From positions 1,952,001 through 2,016,000 of the forward strand of contig OY970061.1 of NCBI GenBank assembly GCA_963705255.1: a stretch of 64,000 bases of DNA. The letters are read 5' to 3'. Positions 63,652 through 64,000 of the stretch are shown piece after piece (the stretch's first letter is position 1; every line of letters starts with the position of its first letter). Below the pieces are notes generated by a model. The model did no database searches. It was given only the letters and a program-made list of their open reading frames with translations, and was not told where the DNA came from. Made by a program: the position numbers and the translations under genes. Source of the stretch: an uncultured Methanoregulaceae archaeon. Its GTDB lineage: Archaea > Halobacteriota > Methanomicrobia > Methanomicrobiales > Methanospirillaceae.

Positions 63652-64000
63652 CAAGGGTCATCAGGGTCATACAGGATCATAAGGTGACCCCCCCTCAAGA
63701 ATTACATGCTCTTCCCGCGGAGTAAAACCACATCTTGCCTTTAGCCTTCAGCGGAAAAGATGCACAGGGCAATTCCCAGGGTGGGTCAGGGGGTCGTCCC
63801 TTTTCATGCCGGACCTTAAAGGAGGATCCTTCATATTTGACATCTGACCCTCCCTCTGACTCCTGCCATCAGAACCCGTTTCGTCATCCTCCTGGCCGGG
63901 GTTACCCGTGTGGACAGCCTTAAACCTATGACGTAAGAAATCGGAATCTCTCGATCGGCTGTTGAACGCGGGGGTCCGGTGGGGTCAGGGGGTCGGGTAC
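63652..64000. repeat. GGGTCA/TGACCC and GGGTCAGGGGGTCG dispersed G-rich repeats
   Basis: GGGTCATCAGGGTCATACAGGATCAT at about 63655; GGGTCAGGGGGTCG at about 63783 and 63982; TGACCC at about 63685 and 63845. Confidence 0.5.

Overview
Archaeal chromosomal window, most likely a Methanomicrobiales (Methanoregula-like) methanogen, inferred from gene content and protein style. In order: PAS/REC two-component genes; a small islet with a membrane protein, a CARF-like/wHTH regulator and a triple 16-bp palindrome; an HxlR-associated flavoprotein/redox cluster; pdxS/pdxT, cbiB and purA; orc1/cdc6 with an adjacent replication origin (three ORB elements and AT-rich DNA); hel308, cgi121, a KH protein, rio1, tyrS, gap and tsr3; a DUF523-like/N-glycosidase fusion; surface-glycosylation genes; and aIF-1A, apparently starting at CTG. 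The most striking part is a phosphate-linked locus (48.5-62.8 kb). It has a PstS-like protein with an archaeal type IV pilin (class III) signal peptide, pstC, a PstA fused to an extracellular Ig-like domain, PKD surface proteins, an orphan pilus-assembly ATPase and sixA, but no pstB or phoU. Five of its promoters carry a CTATAT/CTATAG/CTATTG element 20-22 bp upstream of the TATA box. About 14 genes, including essential ones, have single-base frameshifts that are most likely assembly errors. No CRISPR array, rRNA, tRNA or transposase was recognised.
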